From: Octopus vulgaris
Taxonomy: Eukaryota
DNA length: 64,000 nucleotides
Direction of reading: 5' to 3'
NCBI GenBank assembly: GCA_951406725.2
Contig: OX597815.1
Span: 24,428,001-24,492,000, forward strand
The notes beneath the pieces are model-generated. The model did not search any database and was not told the origin of the DNA. It saw only the letters and a list, made by a program, of their open reading frames with translations. Positions 50,948 to 64,000 of this stretch are shown here, in pieces. Both the position numbers and the translations under genes were made by a program. Every line of letters starts with the position of its first letter. The first letter of the stretch is position 1.

Positions 50948-53900
50948 GTACGTGAGTTAACAATTATATATATATATTTGATGCAGCACGGGTTTTTTTT
51001 TTCAGTGAACAGGTCGCGGATTTTAGCGACGAAAATATTTTGACAAATTAAACTTAAATGTTGGAGTGAATCGAACGGCTTTTGTGTGTTTCTTAAATGG
51101 CTTACAAACACCTTCCACGCTGCAATTGTTTTCGTTCCAGCACACGATCTCAGATCAAATCACTTGCTATGCGAGTACATCTCCCTATATATTTGTTTCT
51201 TTGTCTTTAGTGACATAGAGTAAACAAATCGAAAACAACGGATGTTTGGGTGATAGCACGTGCTGGCCATTTTACGCAATTTATTTTGTTGACAGAATTT
51301 GCGGTTAATTCTTATTTGCCTTCATATGTCATATGTAAAACTATGGAGATGTGGATCACACCTGCTCGTTCGGCCAATGTGGATCACACCTGCTCGTTCG
51401 GCCGATGTGGATCACACCTGCTCGTTCGTATTGTAAGTCAGCTCTAGTTGGGGGCTGACTTAAGTTGCTCAATAGTATTTGGTTGTGTCATTCTCTGGGG
51501 GCGCATTTTCAAATGGTTTTGTCTCTTACACTCTCCTCTCTTTGTAAATAAGTACTTTACTGGTGAACTGGGTGTGGTCGCATACTAGAGTGTTTTGTAT
51601 ATTCTACAGACTTTATTTTAACTGATTGTTTAACTACTCGTTAAGGACTGTTTTGAAAATTGAGTTCTGTTTTATTAGTGTTTATATTTTCGTCTAGAAT
51701 TATAAATTTGACAGTCTTTCGGCACATCCTTACTGAAATCACTGACCTTGATATATTTAGATCCATATATATGTCACTTGAGGCTATCTTTCTATGGTCA
51801 GGAAAAGCGGATACTTGTATATTAATAAAAAGGGTGGGAACTCGTTAGAGGTCGGGAAAATGTTTAGTGACGTTTCTTCCGGCGCTTTAGGTTCCGAGTT
51901 CAAATTCTACTGAGATCTTCGCCTTTGGGAGGCGATGAAGCAAGCATCAGTCAAGTCCTGAGTTCGATATAATTGACTTAACCGTGCCCTTATTATTGCT
52001 GGCCTTGTGTCTAAATTAGAAAGAATTATTTATCAATATCAATGAAATACATATAATTAACAAAAATATATTTCATTAGCGACATACCTACACAATTGTG
52101 CCCCACCGACTTTATCTCCTCATAACTTCCAGAAAATTGGATATTTTTAATGAAATTGTCAACAAATACGCTTTAGATGGTGTTGATTCTGATTATATCA
52201 GAAATTGTTGTGAAAAACAAAAAAAAACAGAACAATTCCCGACGGTGGGGAGAAGAGTTTCGGTAAATTCACACGAGTCAGTTTTGTTTCCTCATAACTT
52301 TAAGAAAAACATATTTTTTAATGAAATTTTGTACAAGCATCTTTCAGAGTAAATTACCATTATATCCGGATATGATATAATGGCTCCTTTGTGAGCCGCT
52401 CTCCGGCTATCTATCTGCGGCTTTATATAGCTATGGTACAACCTCACCTGGAATTTGCATCACCGGTCTGGAACCCCTATCTTGCCCAGGATATTAATCG
52501 TCTGGAAGCCGTTCAGCGACGTGCAATCAAAAGAATACCCTCCATCAGGCATTTGCCATATTCTGAACGCCTTACTTCCCTGGGCCTGGACACATTGAAA
52601 CTCCGACGTCTGGCAGCTGACTTGGCAGACACCCATGAAATTATTAACCATCTTACTAACAATAATTCTGAGCACCTTTTCAAACTCCACCTGTGTAACA
52701 TCCCTGGACATGTTTACAAAGTCAGAAAACAACACAGCTCTCATGACTTTCGGAAACATTTTTTCACGCTTAGAGTTGCTGAAGCATGGAACAAACTGCC
52801 GGCATCGGTTGTCGGAGCACTGCATCCTTCAAAACTTCCATGCTACCTGAGATTCGCCAACACTACACCTGATTTTCTCCACTCCATACACACGCAAGCA
52901 TGTATATGACTGATACACTGTTCACTTTCCAGACATTTGTACATTACTGCATATGCTTTATACGCACTTTTGACAATTTGTGGTGCACCTGAGCACTGTA
53001 TACAATAATTTCATTATATATATATATATGATGTGAAAAGAAAAACGGTGAGCGCGCACACACATACACATTTCTTTTCGGAATTCTAAGTTTCACTCTA
53101 TAAATGTATGTGATTGTGTGTCAGTATGTATGTGTGAGAGCCCACTATCTTTTCGGTCTTTATTATCCGATATAAACGTAATCTACACATTCTGAAAGAT
53201 GTTTGTTGAAAATTTCATCAAAACTAATGTAGTTTTCTGAAAGTTATATTGGCGATCTTTCGTCTCTAGTAGACCTTTCCGTCGATTTCCGTAAAAAATT
53301 ATTTTTTTTTACATATGGGCTTGCGGGAACTTTTGAAGTAATGAGAGCGAAAGAGACTAAGAGAAAGCGATTGTATGACGAGGGAAGTTCTCAGTTATCT
53401 CTCTCTTTCACACATTACTCTCTCTGTCTCTTCACACACACTAACAGAAGCACTTCACTTATACAACATACTGTCTGTCTCCCACACCCCATCAAACACA
53501 CACACACACACACACACATGTACATCAATGCTTCCCCTGGACGGTAACTTCAAAAGAACTTCCCTCGTCATAAAATGGCTTTCTCTTAGTCTCTTTCGCT
53601 CTCATTACTTCAAAAGTTCCCGCAAGCCCATATGTAAAAAAAAGAAATTTTTTTACGGAAATCGACGGAAAGGTCTACTAGAGACGAAAGATCGCCATAG
53701 GCGGTACTTTGTAGGTATGCCTCTTTAGTTCGGTAAAGGAGATTTTATGAGGTTCCCGTCTTTTTCAACTGAATTATGTACGAAAGAGAAAATGTTTTTT
53801 TTTTCCTTTTTTTTTTCTTTTTATCAGTAATCGAAGTTTGATTTCGGAATCCAAATACATAAACAGTTGTAAACTTTATATATAAAAGTGAAGTTGTGTG

Positions 53901-54790
53901 TCTGTCTCCTACGATTTAGATTCCTAACTACTCCCACATTTTGCGGTGCAGTTTAACCAAAACCGGGTATCTTATAGTCGTGATTCATATCGAGCCCTTC
54001 TGGGTATTAGCGCGCGTCTACGATGAGTCTACGATTTTAAAAAAATTTACCATCATTTTTTCCATTTTAATGCATTTTTGGCATATATAAGGGAAGTAAC
54101 TCTCTAAAAATGTCTACGATGAGTCAACGATTTAAAAAAAAATTTACCATAATTTTTTTCCCATTTTTAATGCATTTTTTTGGCTATAACTCTCTAAAAA
54201 TGCTTATATAGTTATTTCCCTTACAAGCCCGAGCAACGCCGGGCGATACTGCTAGTTTTTTTATAACACTTAACCATCATACTACCATCTTCTATGCAGA
54301 CCCGGATATGAAGAAACTAAATAGTACGAGCTGATGAAAACAAGATCCCGCAAGAAGTGTTGTGTTCCGAAACAGATAAATCGGCACTCTTTCGTTTTAA
54401 CCGGCTGTGACGCAGTGTCGTTTGACATCTTGCCCATTTCAACGTTTTTATCAGCAGCTGTTATTATTGTTGGTTCCCCGAGCCAACATTGATCAAATAC
54501 ACTCCAGCTGTGATATTGATTTTTTAATTTTTATATAGGACAATATTATTAGCCAACGTTTCCTTTCTTTAAAAGTGATGAGAATGGGATACGAGCGACA
54601 TTTGGCTGCTGTTTCTAATGTCTATGTAGAGACTTCATTGTTTCCACAGATCATCTCTGATCAAACAGATCTGTAACCACCCTGTCCTTTCTGCTTCCCT
54701 TATTCTCTTTCTTTTTCCTTTCTTTCTTTTATTCTTTCTTTCCTCCTTTCTTTCTTTCTCTCTTTCTTCCTTTCTTTCTTTCTTTCTTTT

Positions 54791-54875
<85 letters not shown>

Positions 54876-54902
54876 CTTTCCTTCTTTCCTTCCTTCCTTC
54901 CT

Positions 54903-54937
<35 letters not shown>

Positions 54938-55018
54938 CTCTCTCTCTTTCTTTCTCTCTTTCTTTCTTTCTTTCTTTCCTTCTTTCCTTTCTTTCTTTCT
55001 TTTCCTTCCTTCCTTCCT

Positions 55019-55066
<48 letters not shown>

Positions 55067-58000
55067 TCCATGGTGTAAGCAGAGGGCTCCACCATAATCT
55101 GGTTGATATTTTTGATTTTTTTAAAAAATACCTTTATTTTAGGATGGGATATTGTATTTTCTTTTTTATGTAAACTATCAAATTTAGCCTTAATACCCAG
55201 TAGGTCTGAATACTTAAACTCATCTTTTCTTTTCGTTTTTCTGAGGAAAATAAATCAGTTGTACCAATCTATCTCTTCTTTTTAGAGTTGGTGTAGTAAT
55301 ATTTGGATTTATGTAACAACAATGTTGTTTGAAGATTGATTTAAAAAATGATTTTGTAAATAACTTGACACTCTGAAAAAGGCTAATTGAATGCCAAATG
55401 TATTGGCATTCACAAGTTTCACTTCTAAGCAGGTAAAAGAAAATAAACCCCAAGAAACTATAAAAATCCATGGAAAAATATAAAAGATTGAATTAACCTG
55501 TAAGGCTCAGTTGTTAGTGTACACAAATTCTGTTGTTGTAATATCCAGCAGTCATGATTAGAATAAGTTTTGCTGACGAGGTATTATTAGACCGACTGAA
55601 AATTTACCTAAGTTGTCACAGTAACCCTGAAGATCACACTCACCTGCACTGCATTCCATATTTAATTAACTGTAACTAATTAAAAAAATTTCAAGGTGTC
55701 ATCACTGCCATTTGTTTTTTACCCCAAGTAACTATTTATAAAATTAAAATGATTACCAGGCCCTGGCGTCCAATGGGTTTAAGGACTGCATCTCCTAAAT
55801 GTTGGGCCCTAGCACCTGCAAAAGGAAGCGCCAGTGGAACATCATTTGGTTTACCCCCACCTTTCTCACTCAGTGTTAAAACTTGTGTGGGAAAGTCCTG
55901 GCATCCAGTGGGTTTAAGGACTGCATCTCCTATATGTTGGGACCTAGCACCTGCTAAAGGAAGCGCCAGTAGAACATCATTTGGTTTGCCCCACCTTTCT
56001 CACTCAGTGTTAAAACTTGTGTGGGAAGGCCCTGGCATCCAATGGGTTTAAGGACTGCATCTCTTATATGTTGGGACCTAGCACCTGCAAAAGGAAGCGC
56101 CAGTGGAACATCATTTGGTTTGCCCCACCTTTCTCACTTGTGTGGGAAGAATATTCCTTAGGTTAGCAGACAAGCACTGTATGCAGACACATGGGTACAG
56201 ACACTTGTTCAATAGGCACAACCTAAGGGTCCCCTTAAGTTGCACTCCCAACATAAAATGAGTACTGGTAAGCAGTCATGGAAAGCGAGCAGAGGCTGGT
56301 TGCTCATGCAGTGGGTACAACGACTGCCCAGTGATGCAAAACTATTGGTCACTCTATGACTAGACATATATTTAACTTCATGTAAATACTTTACTGCTCT
56401 AACTTTAGAGCAGTGGTTTTCAACCAGAGTTCCGTCAGTACAGTCCAGGGGTTCCGCAAGAAATTACAAAAATGCTAAAATCGACAGTAATTTTTAATTC
56501 TCCTGTGCAGATATGTGTGCATAAGACAATTAAATTATTGCACAGGGGTTCCTCGAGCCAGTGGAATGTTTCCTTGGGGTTCCGCTCCAGCAAAAAGTTT
56601 GAAAAGCACTGCTTTAGAGTGTGCTTCTGTTTTGGATATATGATCCACTGACAATATACAGGGTCATCAAAAAAGGTTTCTGTGATTTCAGAATGAAATA
56701 ATTAACTTTGTATTAAAGGCATACTATTTATTTATACACCAAAACACAGAAAATCTGGCTGTGTGGCAAGTAGCTTGCTTACCAACTACATGGTTCCGGG
56801 TTCAATCACACTGCGTGGCACCTTGGGCAAGTGTTTTTAACTATAGCCTTGGGCTGACCAAAGCTTTGTGAGTGGATTTGGTAGACGGAAACTGAAAGAA
56901 GCCCGTCGTATATGTGTGTGTGTCTGTGTTTGTCCCCCCTCAGCATTGCTTGACAACCGATGTTCGTGTGTTCACGTCCCCGTAACTTAGCGGCTTGGCA
57001 AAAGAGACCGATAGAATAAGTACTAGGCTTACAAAGAATAAGTACTGGGGTCGAATTGTTCAACTAAAGGCGGTGCTCCAGCATGGCTGCAGTCAAATAA
57101 CTGAAACAAATAAAAGAATAAAAGAAAAAAGAACATTATTTAGTAGGTTTCGATATGAGCTCACTTTGTTGCCCAGCAAACATCTAAGGAATACTCGACC
57201 TCCCTCTAGGTGTGCTGAATCATATCAGGATTCACAGTTGCTATCGCCACATGGATTCTCTCTCTTAAATGTTGCCGATCCCAAATTTTTTCTGTATTAT
57301 CTTCAGATAACCCCAAAGAAAAAGTCCATAGGAATTAGATCAGGGCTTTTAGGTGGCCCCAAAACAGGACCATTCCTTCCAATCCAATGGCCAGGGAATC
57401 TGTTGTTGAGAGCTTAAATTGTCACGCATTATTGCTGCAGTGAGCCAGCTGGAAAATTACACTTACTCCTTTCTCTCTTCAATGTTTGCAATTTGACAGA
57501 ACACATAAATTTCCAACATGTCCAAGTAACTAGCGCCCATAATCATGTTTTCTGCAAACATGAAAGAGCCGACAGCATGATCATGCAACAGTCCACACCA
57601 CACATTAACCCTGGGTGAATCATGGACGTACTGGCAAACTTTATTGGGTTGCTGAGCTCCCCATATCCGACTGTTATGTCAGTTAACAATCATTTATGTG
57701 GAATGTTGCTTCATCACTAAATAAAATTCTGTTAAGATAACTATCAGTGTCATGAATTTCTCTCGGCATCATTACAGCAAATTCATTTCATTTAGGCCTA
57801 TCTCTCTCCTTAATTTTATGCTTCATTTGAATTTTGTAAGCATGCAGTCTTAGGCGTTTATGCAGCACATTTTGAATTGTTGTTTTAGGCATACGAATTT
57901 CCAAACTATGTCAAGCAATGGACTTCTTAGGACTACACAAGCATGACAGTCTCAGACGCTCCACATTCTCTTTCGATGTGTGTGGCCAGCCTGGAGGTTT

Positions 58001-59682
58001 CATAATGTTTACATTCCCAGTTTCTTTAAACTGGTTAAACCAACGAACAATGGTTTTGTAGCAATATTGCTTTCTTCATTGCTATCTTCACTGTTTGAGA
58101 AAAATATTAAGAATGATCTCGTTTGAGATTACAAACATCTTTGGCTAGTTTAACCTTGTTGTGTCCACTGATCTGATTGGTTAGCATCTAAGCGTGGTCT
58201 GTCTCTCTACTTATAACGCAAATATTATAAGCATGCATTCATGACACAACACTACGCTAATAATAACAAATCACTTTGTACACTGTGAATAAAATCTATC
58301 TTCTCTTTATAAAAGTAGAACGGTTTTTGGCGTCCTTGATTCATTTACTTTGGCACTGTATATAAAACATGTATTATGGCCAATATAACATTATGTTATG
58401 TTATGTTATGTTGGGATGCGGCCGTGCACTGAACAAGAGGAGCAATATGTCACCAAACATCTCACATACAGTCGTATACCAACATAGTTTTGTTTGTAGG
58501 TGGATCTTGTCCATAAGTTTGGCGAAAATGCCGCTGCACTAAAACAACTCACTTAAACTCAGTGTACCACAACACACACTGTGCTTTCTGCTATACAGCC
58601 GCCATGTTTGGTGTGAAGTAATTGGCCAGTGGCAAATATTAAATCTCCTACAGTTGTTATTCAGTCCCACGTTGATTTCATGCACATCACTTGCTTATAG
58701 CTAGTGCAATTGACAACTAAAACCACAGAAACCTTTTTCGATGACTCTGTGTGTGTGTGTGTGTGTAGGTATTTATATATGTACATATACATGCACACAT
58801 ACATATATTCAATAAATTATTGAGTACTTATATTTTCATCATGTAATTTTACAATGAAACCTATTGAATGTTATTTGATTTTGCAGCATGTTTTATTGCT
58901 ATGGAACTTTCTCTTGCACCTTCTTCCCTTAAAACTTTTATTTTGTCCTTTTTTTTTAAACTAGTATAATATTTTAATAAATTTCAAGATTTAAAAAAAA
59001 AAGTGTAATCTGTTTTAACAACTGGATGCATTTTCACCCTCCGAACCAATTCTCAGATATATTTGTGTGTATGTATTTGTTTGTGTTGTTTGCTTGTGTA
59101 TCAACACTTTTTTAGTCAGTAGTTGTGCTTGTCTGTTCCAACAGCTCAACAGCAGTTCCAATATGCAAAGACCAGTGGAAATGAAGTGTCTTACTTGAAA
59201 ACAGCAAGGGTTGGTGTCAGTAAGAGCACCCAACCATTGAATACTGCCACAATTACAACACATCCAATAAGTGCCAGCATGGAAAAAGTAAACCTAAAAA
59301 CTATCTGGCACCTGTGTCCGTGGCACATAAAAAAAAAACACCATCCGAGCGTGGCCGTTGGCCAGCCTCGTCTGGCACCTGTGTCCGTGGCACATAAAAA
59401 AAAAAACACCATCCGAGCGTGGCCGTTCGCCAGCCTCGTCTGGCACCTGTGTCCGTGGCACATAAAAAGCACCCACTACACTCACGGAGTGGTTGGCGTT
59501 AGGAAGGAGGGCATCCAGCTGTAGAAACACTGCCAGATCTGAATGGCCTGGTGCAGCCTTCTGGCTTCCCAGACCCCAGTTGAACCGTCCAACCCATGCT
59601 AGCATGGAAAGCGGACGTTAAACGATGATGATGAATGTATATATTTACTGACTTTTGATTTTAATTATTCTTTCTCTTGCAG

Positions 59683-59877
59683 GTAAAATGGTACAATGAA
59701 CTTGTTGGACCAAACTATCAACTTGAATACCATGATGATACTTTCGCATTAATTACCATCAGTACTCCTCAAATGTTTGAAAAAGCATTCAAACCATTCA
59801 TTTATAATATCTATAAAAAAGGTGATTTAGCTCCTATTGATGATTGTGTTAAGTATTATACGGAGGAAATACAAACG
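59683..59877 (+). CDS. MMACHC: MMACHC homologue copy B, exon 2
   Basis: 195 nt, the same length as human exon 2; differs from copy A by CAT>GAT (H>D), AAA>GAA (K>E) and absence of a 6-nt ATACAA duplication. Confidence 0.95.
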
Positions 59878-62453
59878 GTAAGTTTCGTATTGTAACATTC
59901 ATTGTAGTGGTGAACAATTCTTGCATAAAGTTTGTCAGAAAATTGGGTCATGCAGTTTAATATGATGGGTTGTAGTTATACTCATGGTTGAGAAAGGGTT
60001 CCTCCATAGGATCCCTATAGTAAAATCATGAGCACGCACACGCCCATGCACACACCCACACACACACACACATACACACACACACACACACACACATACA
60101 CATTTTTTTCGGAATTTTAAGTTTCACTCTATAAATCTATGTGATTGTGTGTCAGTATGTATGTGTGAGAGCCCACTATCTTTTCGGTCTTTTTTTTTTT
60201 TTTCATATTAAAATCCGATATAAACGTGGGAAGCTTGGAGATCATGGAGTCTCTCCAGGTCAAGCCACTATTTTTCTGCATTGAGAGGTCACAGCTCCAG
60301 TACTATGGACGTGTGATTAGAGCTTTGCAAAAAAGGATCACCAGACAGTCTTCAAGCTGAGCCAACCAGCAGGAGGTCTAGGGGTTGACCAAGAACAAGA
60401 TGGTTGGGCAATATTCAGGGTTGGTCACACTTGGGAATCCAACAGGATACTGCAATGACAATTGATTCTGATAGGACCCTATTGAGGAGATAACTGAAAA
60501 CTCTACCCTAATGACCCTTTTAGGAATAGTTGGTGGAAAAGATAAATGGATGAGTTGTAGCACAGCACAGTGTTGTGATGAAGGAGAGAAAGAAATATTG
60601 TAAATCAAAAGAATAGTGTTAGTATAAAATGTTATGGTTGAATGGAATGATAAGTGGTATATAAAATAATAATGTAATATATAATATATAATGTAATAAT
60701 GTAATGGAAGCACTCCGTCAGTTACGACGACGAGGGTTCCGGTTGATCCAATCAACGGAACAGCCTGCTCGTGAAATTAACGTGTAAGTGGCTGAGCACT
60801 CCACAGACACGTGTACCCTTAACGTAGTTCTCAGGGATATTCAGCATAACACAGAGAGTGACAAGGCCGGCCCTTTGAAATACAGGTACAACAGAAACAG
60901 GAAGTAAGAGTGAGAGAAAGTTGTGGTGAAAGAGTACAGCAGGGATCACCACCATCCCTGCCGGAGCCTCGTGGAGCTTTAGGTGTTTTCGCTCAATAAC
61001 CACTCACAACGCCCGGTTTGGGAATCGAAACCGCGATCCTACGACCGCGAGTCCGCTGCCCTAACCACTGGGCGTAAGTATTATGAAACAATGTCAGTAT
61101 TTTACTTAGTGTTACAATATGCTGTGTCATGTGATATCACCATGTACAATGTTCCATTGTATAGGACATGTAACAATATTACTGGTGAGCTGGCAGAAAC
61201 GTTAGCACACCGGATGAAATGCTTAGCAGTATTTCATCTGCTGTTATGTTCTGAGTTCAAATTTCACCAAGGTCGACTTTGCCTTTCACCCTTTCAGGGT
61301 CGATAAATGAAGTACCAGTTACACACTAGGGTTGATGTAATCGACGTAATCCGTTTGTCTGTCCTTGTTTGTGCCCTCTGTGTTTAGCCCCTTGTGGTTT
61401 GTAAAGAAATAGACATATAATCATTATAATTTTAATGTCCACTTTTCCATGCTAGCATGGATCAGATGGAATTTATTGTGGCAGGTTTCCTATGTCTGGA
61501 TGCCTATCTTGTCAGCACTTTTCATCTGTTTCCCAGTAAAGTAGTTTTCCCCATGGCCAGACATATTTTCACAGAAAACTGGAAATGAATAACATCACAT
61601 TAATGATAGTGATGCTTACTTCTCCTATCACATGATGTCAAAACAAGGAGATACAAACACACACATATTTACATCATCATCATTATCATCATCGTTTAGC
61701 GTCTGTTTTCCATGCTAGCATGGGTTGGACGGTTCTACTAGGGTCTGTGAAGCCAGAAGGCTTCATCAGGCCCAGTCAAATCTGGCAGTGTTTCTACGGC
61801 TGGATGCCCTTCCTAACGCCAACCACTCCGTGAGTGTAGTGGGTGCTTTTACACGTATAATGAGCTTTCAGTTTCTGTCTATCAAGTCCACTCAGAAGGC
61901 TGTAGATGGTGTGGGGCTATACTAGTGGACACTATACAGGAAGGGCATCCAGCTGTAGAAACACTTCCAGATCAGACTGGAGCCTGGTGCAGCTTCCTGG
62001 CTTCCCAGACCCCGGTCAAACTGTCCAACCCATGCTAGCATGGAAAACGGACATTAAATGATGATGATGATGATGATGATGAATCAATTATAAAAGGATT
62101 CAAATAGTTGATCAAGATGCCTTTTAGTTGGGAACCAAACTTCTTAACCACACATTTATGCCTGTGAAATATTGTTTTCAAATGCTTGTAAGTTACCCTA
62201 GAATTGGTTGATCCTTTATCCTATCTCGTTGGATGTGGTTGTTTTGAAAGCATTGTAACAATGTAAGAATGGATTAAAAAATATCAGGAAATAATTATTG
62301 TTGTTAGCAACAAAATAATTCTCTTTTTATGTGAATGGCATATATTACGATTTCAAAACTTGACTTCATGTATACTTTCCTTTATATTTATGCTAGTAGT
62401 TTTAGCTCAAATATTGATCTTAATTCTGAATTTCATTTGCTCTCTATTTTCAG

Positions 62454-62600
62454 GTTTATCCTGATACAGATCTGATATATGACTTTGACCAGAAGGCTCC
62501 TCAACATTACAGTATACTAGTACAAACAGCTGCACATGTTGCTGGTGCTGCATATTATTATCAAAAGAAGGATGTGATAAATAATCCTTGGGGAGATAAG
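62454..62600 (+). CDS. MMACHC: MMACHC homologue copy B, exon 3
   Basis: Identical to copy A exon 3, with intact AG/GT sites. Confidence 0.96.
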
Positions 62601-63525
62601 GTTTGTTATTTGATGTTGCTTTTATCAAATTTATTGTTATTGTGGTTTCATAGCTTGTAGCTGTTAACTCTACAAGATTAATGAAATAAAAACCAGTAAT
62701 AATCTAATGTCAATTTATTGATAATCAAAAGATCAAATGGAAATTGTAGATGTGATACTTGTGCCGGTGGCACATAAAAAGCACCATCTGAACGTGGCTG
62801 ATGCCAGCGCCGCCTTCACTGGTTTCCATGCCGGTGGCACATAAAAAGCTCCGACTGATCGTGACTGTTGCCAGCCTTGCCTGGCACCTGTGCCGGTGGA
62901 ACATAAAAAGCACCCACTACACTCACGGAGTGGTTGGCATTAGGAAGGGCATCCAGCTGTAGAAACATTGCCAGATCAGACTGGAGCCTGGTGCAGCCTC
63001 CTGGCTTCTCAGACCCCGGTCGGACTGTCCAACCCATGCTAGCATGGAAAACGGACATTAAACGATGATGAATCAGTTATAAAAGGAAATGTCCATTTTA
63101 CTCTGTGAAATTAAATGAGCATTTAAACTATTGTCAATACTGTAACATGTATTGATTTACTAATGTGTATTATTTATCATTTTATAAATCTTTATAGATG
63201 TTAGCTGAAATTTATATACTGGAAATTAGGTTTTGATTTTAGGATGATGAAAGTATTTAAAAATCCTTACTGAAAAGTACAATATCCTGAGTTTTTATAA
63301 TTACTGCATAGGAAACTCTGTTACAATACATTCATCTAATGAATGATTTTCACCATACTATACAAATCCTTATATTCTTTTTTACAGAAAACAAAAAAAC
63401 AAAAAAAAGGAAGATGAAGACAAACAATTAACAAATTCTTTTTCTATTTATTCACTTTGATATTGTAATGTTTATTAACAGACACAAGAACCTGGAAAAA
63501 TTATTCATTTTCTTTACTATTTCAG

Positions 63526-63834
63526 ACCATCTTTGGAATTAGTATTCATCCGCAATATGGTGGCTGGTTTGCTATGAGAGCTGCTATTATCTTTAAAAAT
63601 CTCAAGTTTGCAGACTTAAAGAAGAAAGACCCAGTTGATGTTATACCAGATCAAGAGACTAGAATAAAACTACTAAACATGTTAAATGAAGATTGGGAAT
63701 ATTGGAAAGCTCGTGACATAATAAAAGTGTCTGAAAGATATACAGCAGAGGCCATTAATTATTTCAAAACACTTCCCAAAGATAGGTACAAATTAATTGA
63801 AGATATGCAGGCAAACAGGAAGAACAATGCTTAA
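63526..63834 (+). CDS. MMACHC: MMACHC homologue copy B, exon 4
   Basis: Same as copy A except ATA>ATG (GGWFAIR>GGWFAMR); TAA at 63832-63834; spliced protein is 243 aa. Confidence 0.96.
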   Translation, partial: TIFGISIHPQYGGWFAMRAAIIFKNLKFADLKKKDPVDVIPDQETRIKLLNMLNEDWEYWKARDIIKVSERYTAEAINYFKTLPKDRYKLIEDMQANRKNNA

Positions 63835-64000
63835 CCCTTTTGTTACCAAGCCGGCTGAAACCGGCTCTGGTTCTGAGTACAAATGTCTTGTTTTCATAAG
63901 TTTTGAATTAAAATCTTCCACCAAACCTTAGTCACAATTTATGTTCCTAACACTAGCTTAATGATAACTAAGTTATTTTACTAAATTCTTTGTTATATTT

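Larger units (their letters stand above)
48430..64000 (+). repeat. Segmental duplication copy B (partner 1-16151)
   Basis: Same ORF track and sequence repeated with a nearly constant offset. Confidence 0.97.

Overview
Repeat-dense animal genomic DNA, most likely an octopus/coleoid cephalopod (inferred from the SINE, RTE and microsatellite landscape, not proven). The only host gene I can support is a four-exon MMACHC (CblC, cobalamin-processing enzyme) homologue. It occurs twice on the + strand, at 3006-15985 (245 aa) and 50867-63834 (243 aa), inside a near-identical duplication of at least 16 kb with an offset of about 47.9 kb. The protein keeps the glutathione-binding arginines, but the conserved PNRRP loop is replaced by APQHY. 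All four coding substitutions between the copies are non-synonymous, and three are A/G changes of the A-to-I recoding type. Between the copies lie: a cluster of Penelope-type hammerhead ribozyme motifs (one with an intact core); a 5.6 kb modular satellite with an inverted distal arm; a 6.3 kb circularly permuted insertion that carries the MMACHC upstream region without exons; and many LINE, SINE, MITE, Tc1/mariner, Helitron and Gypsy remnants. Local fold-back inversions are frequent. Most ORFs in the supplied track are microsatellite or satellite artefacts.
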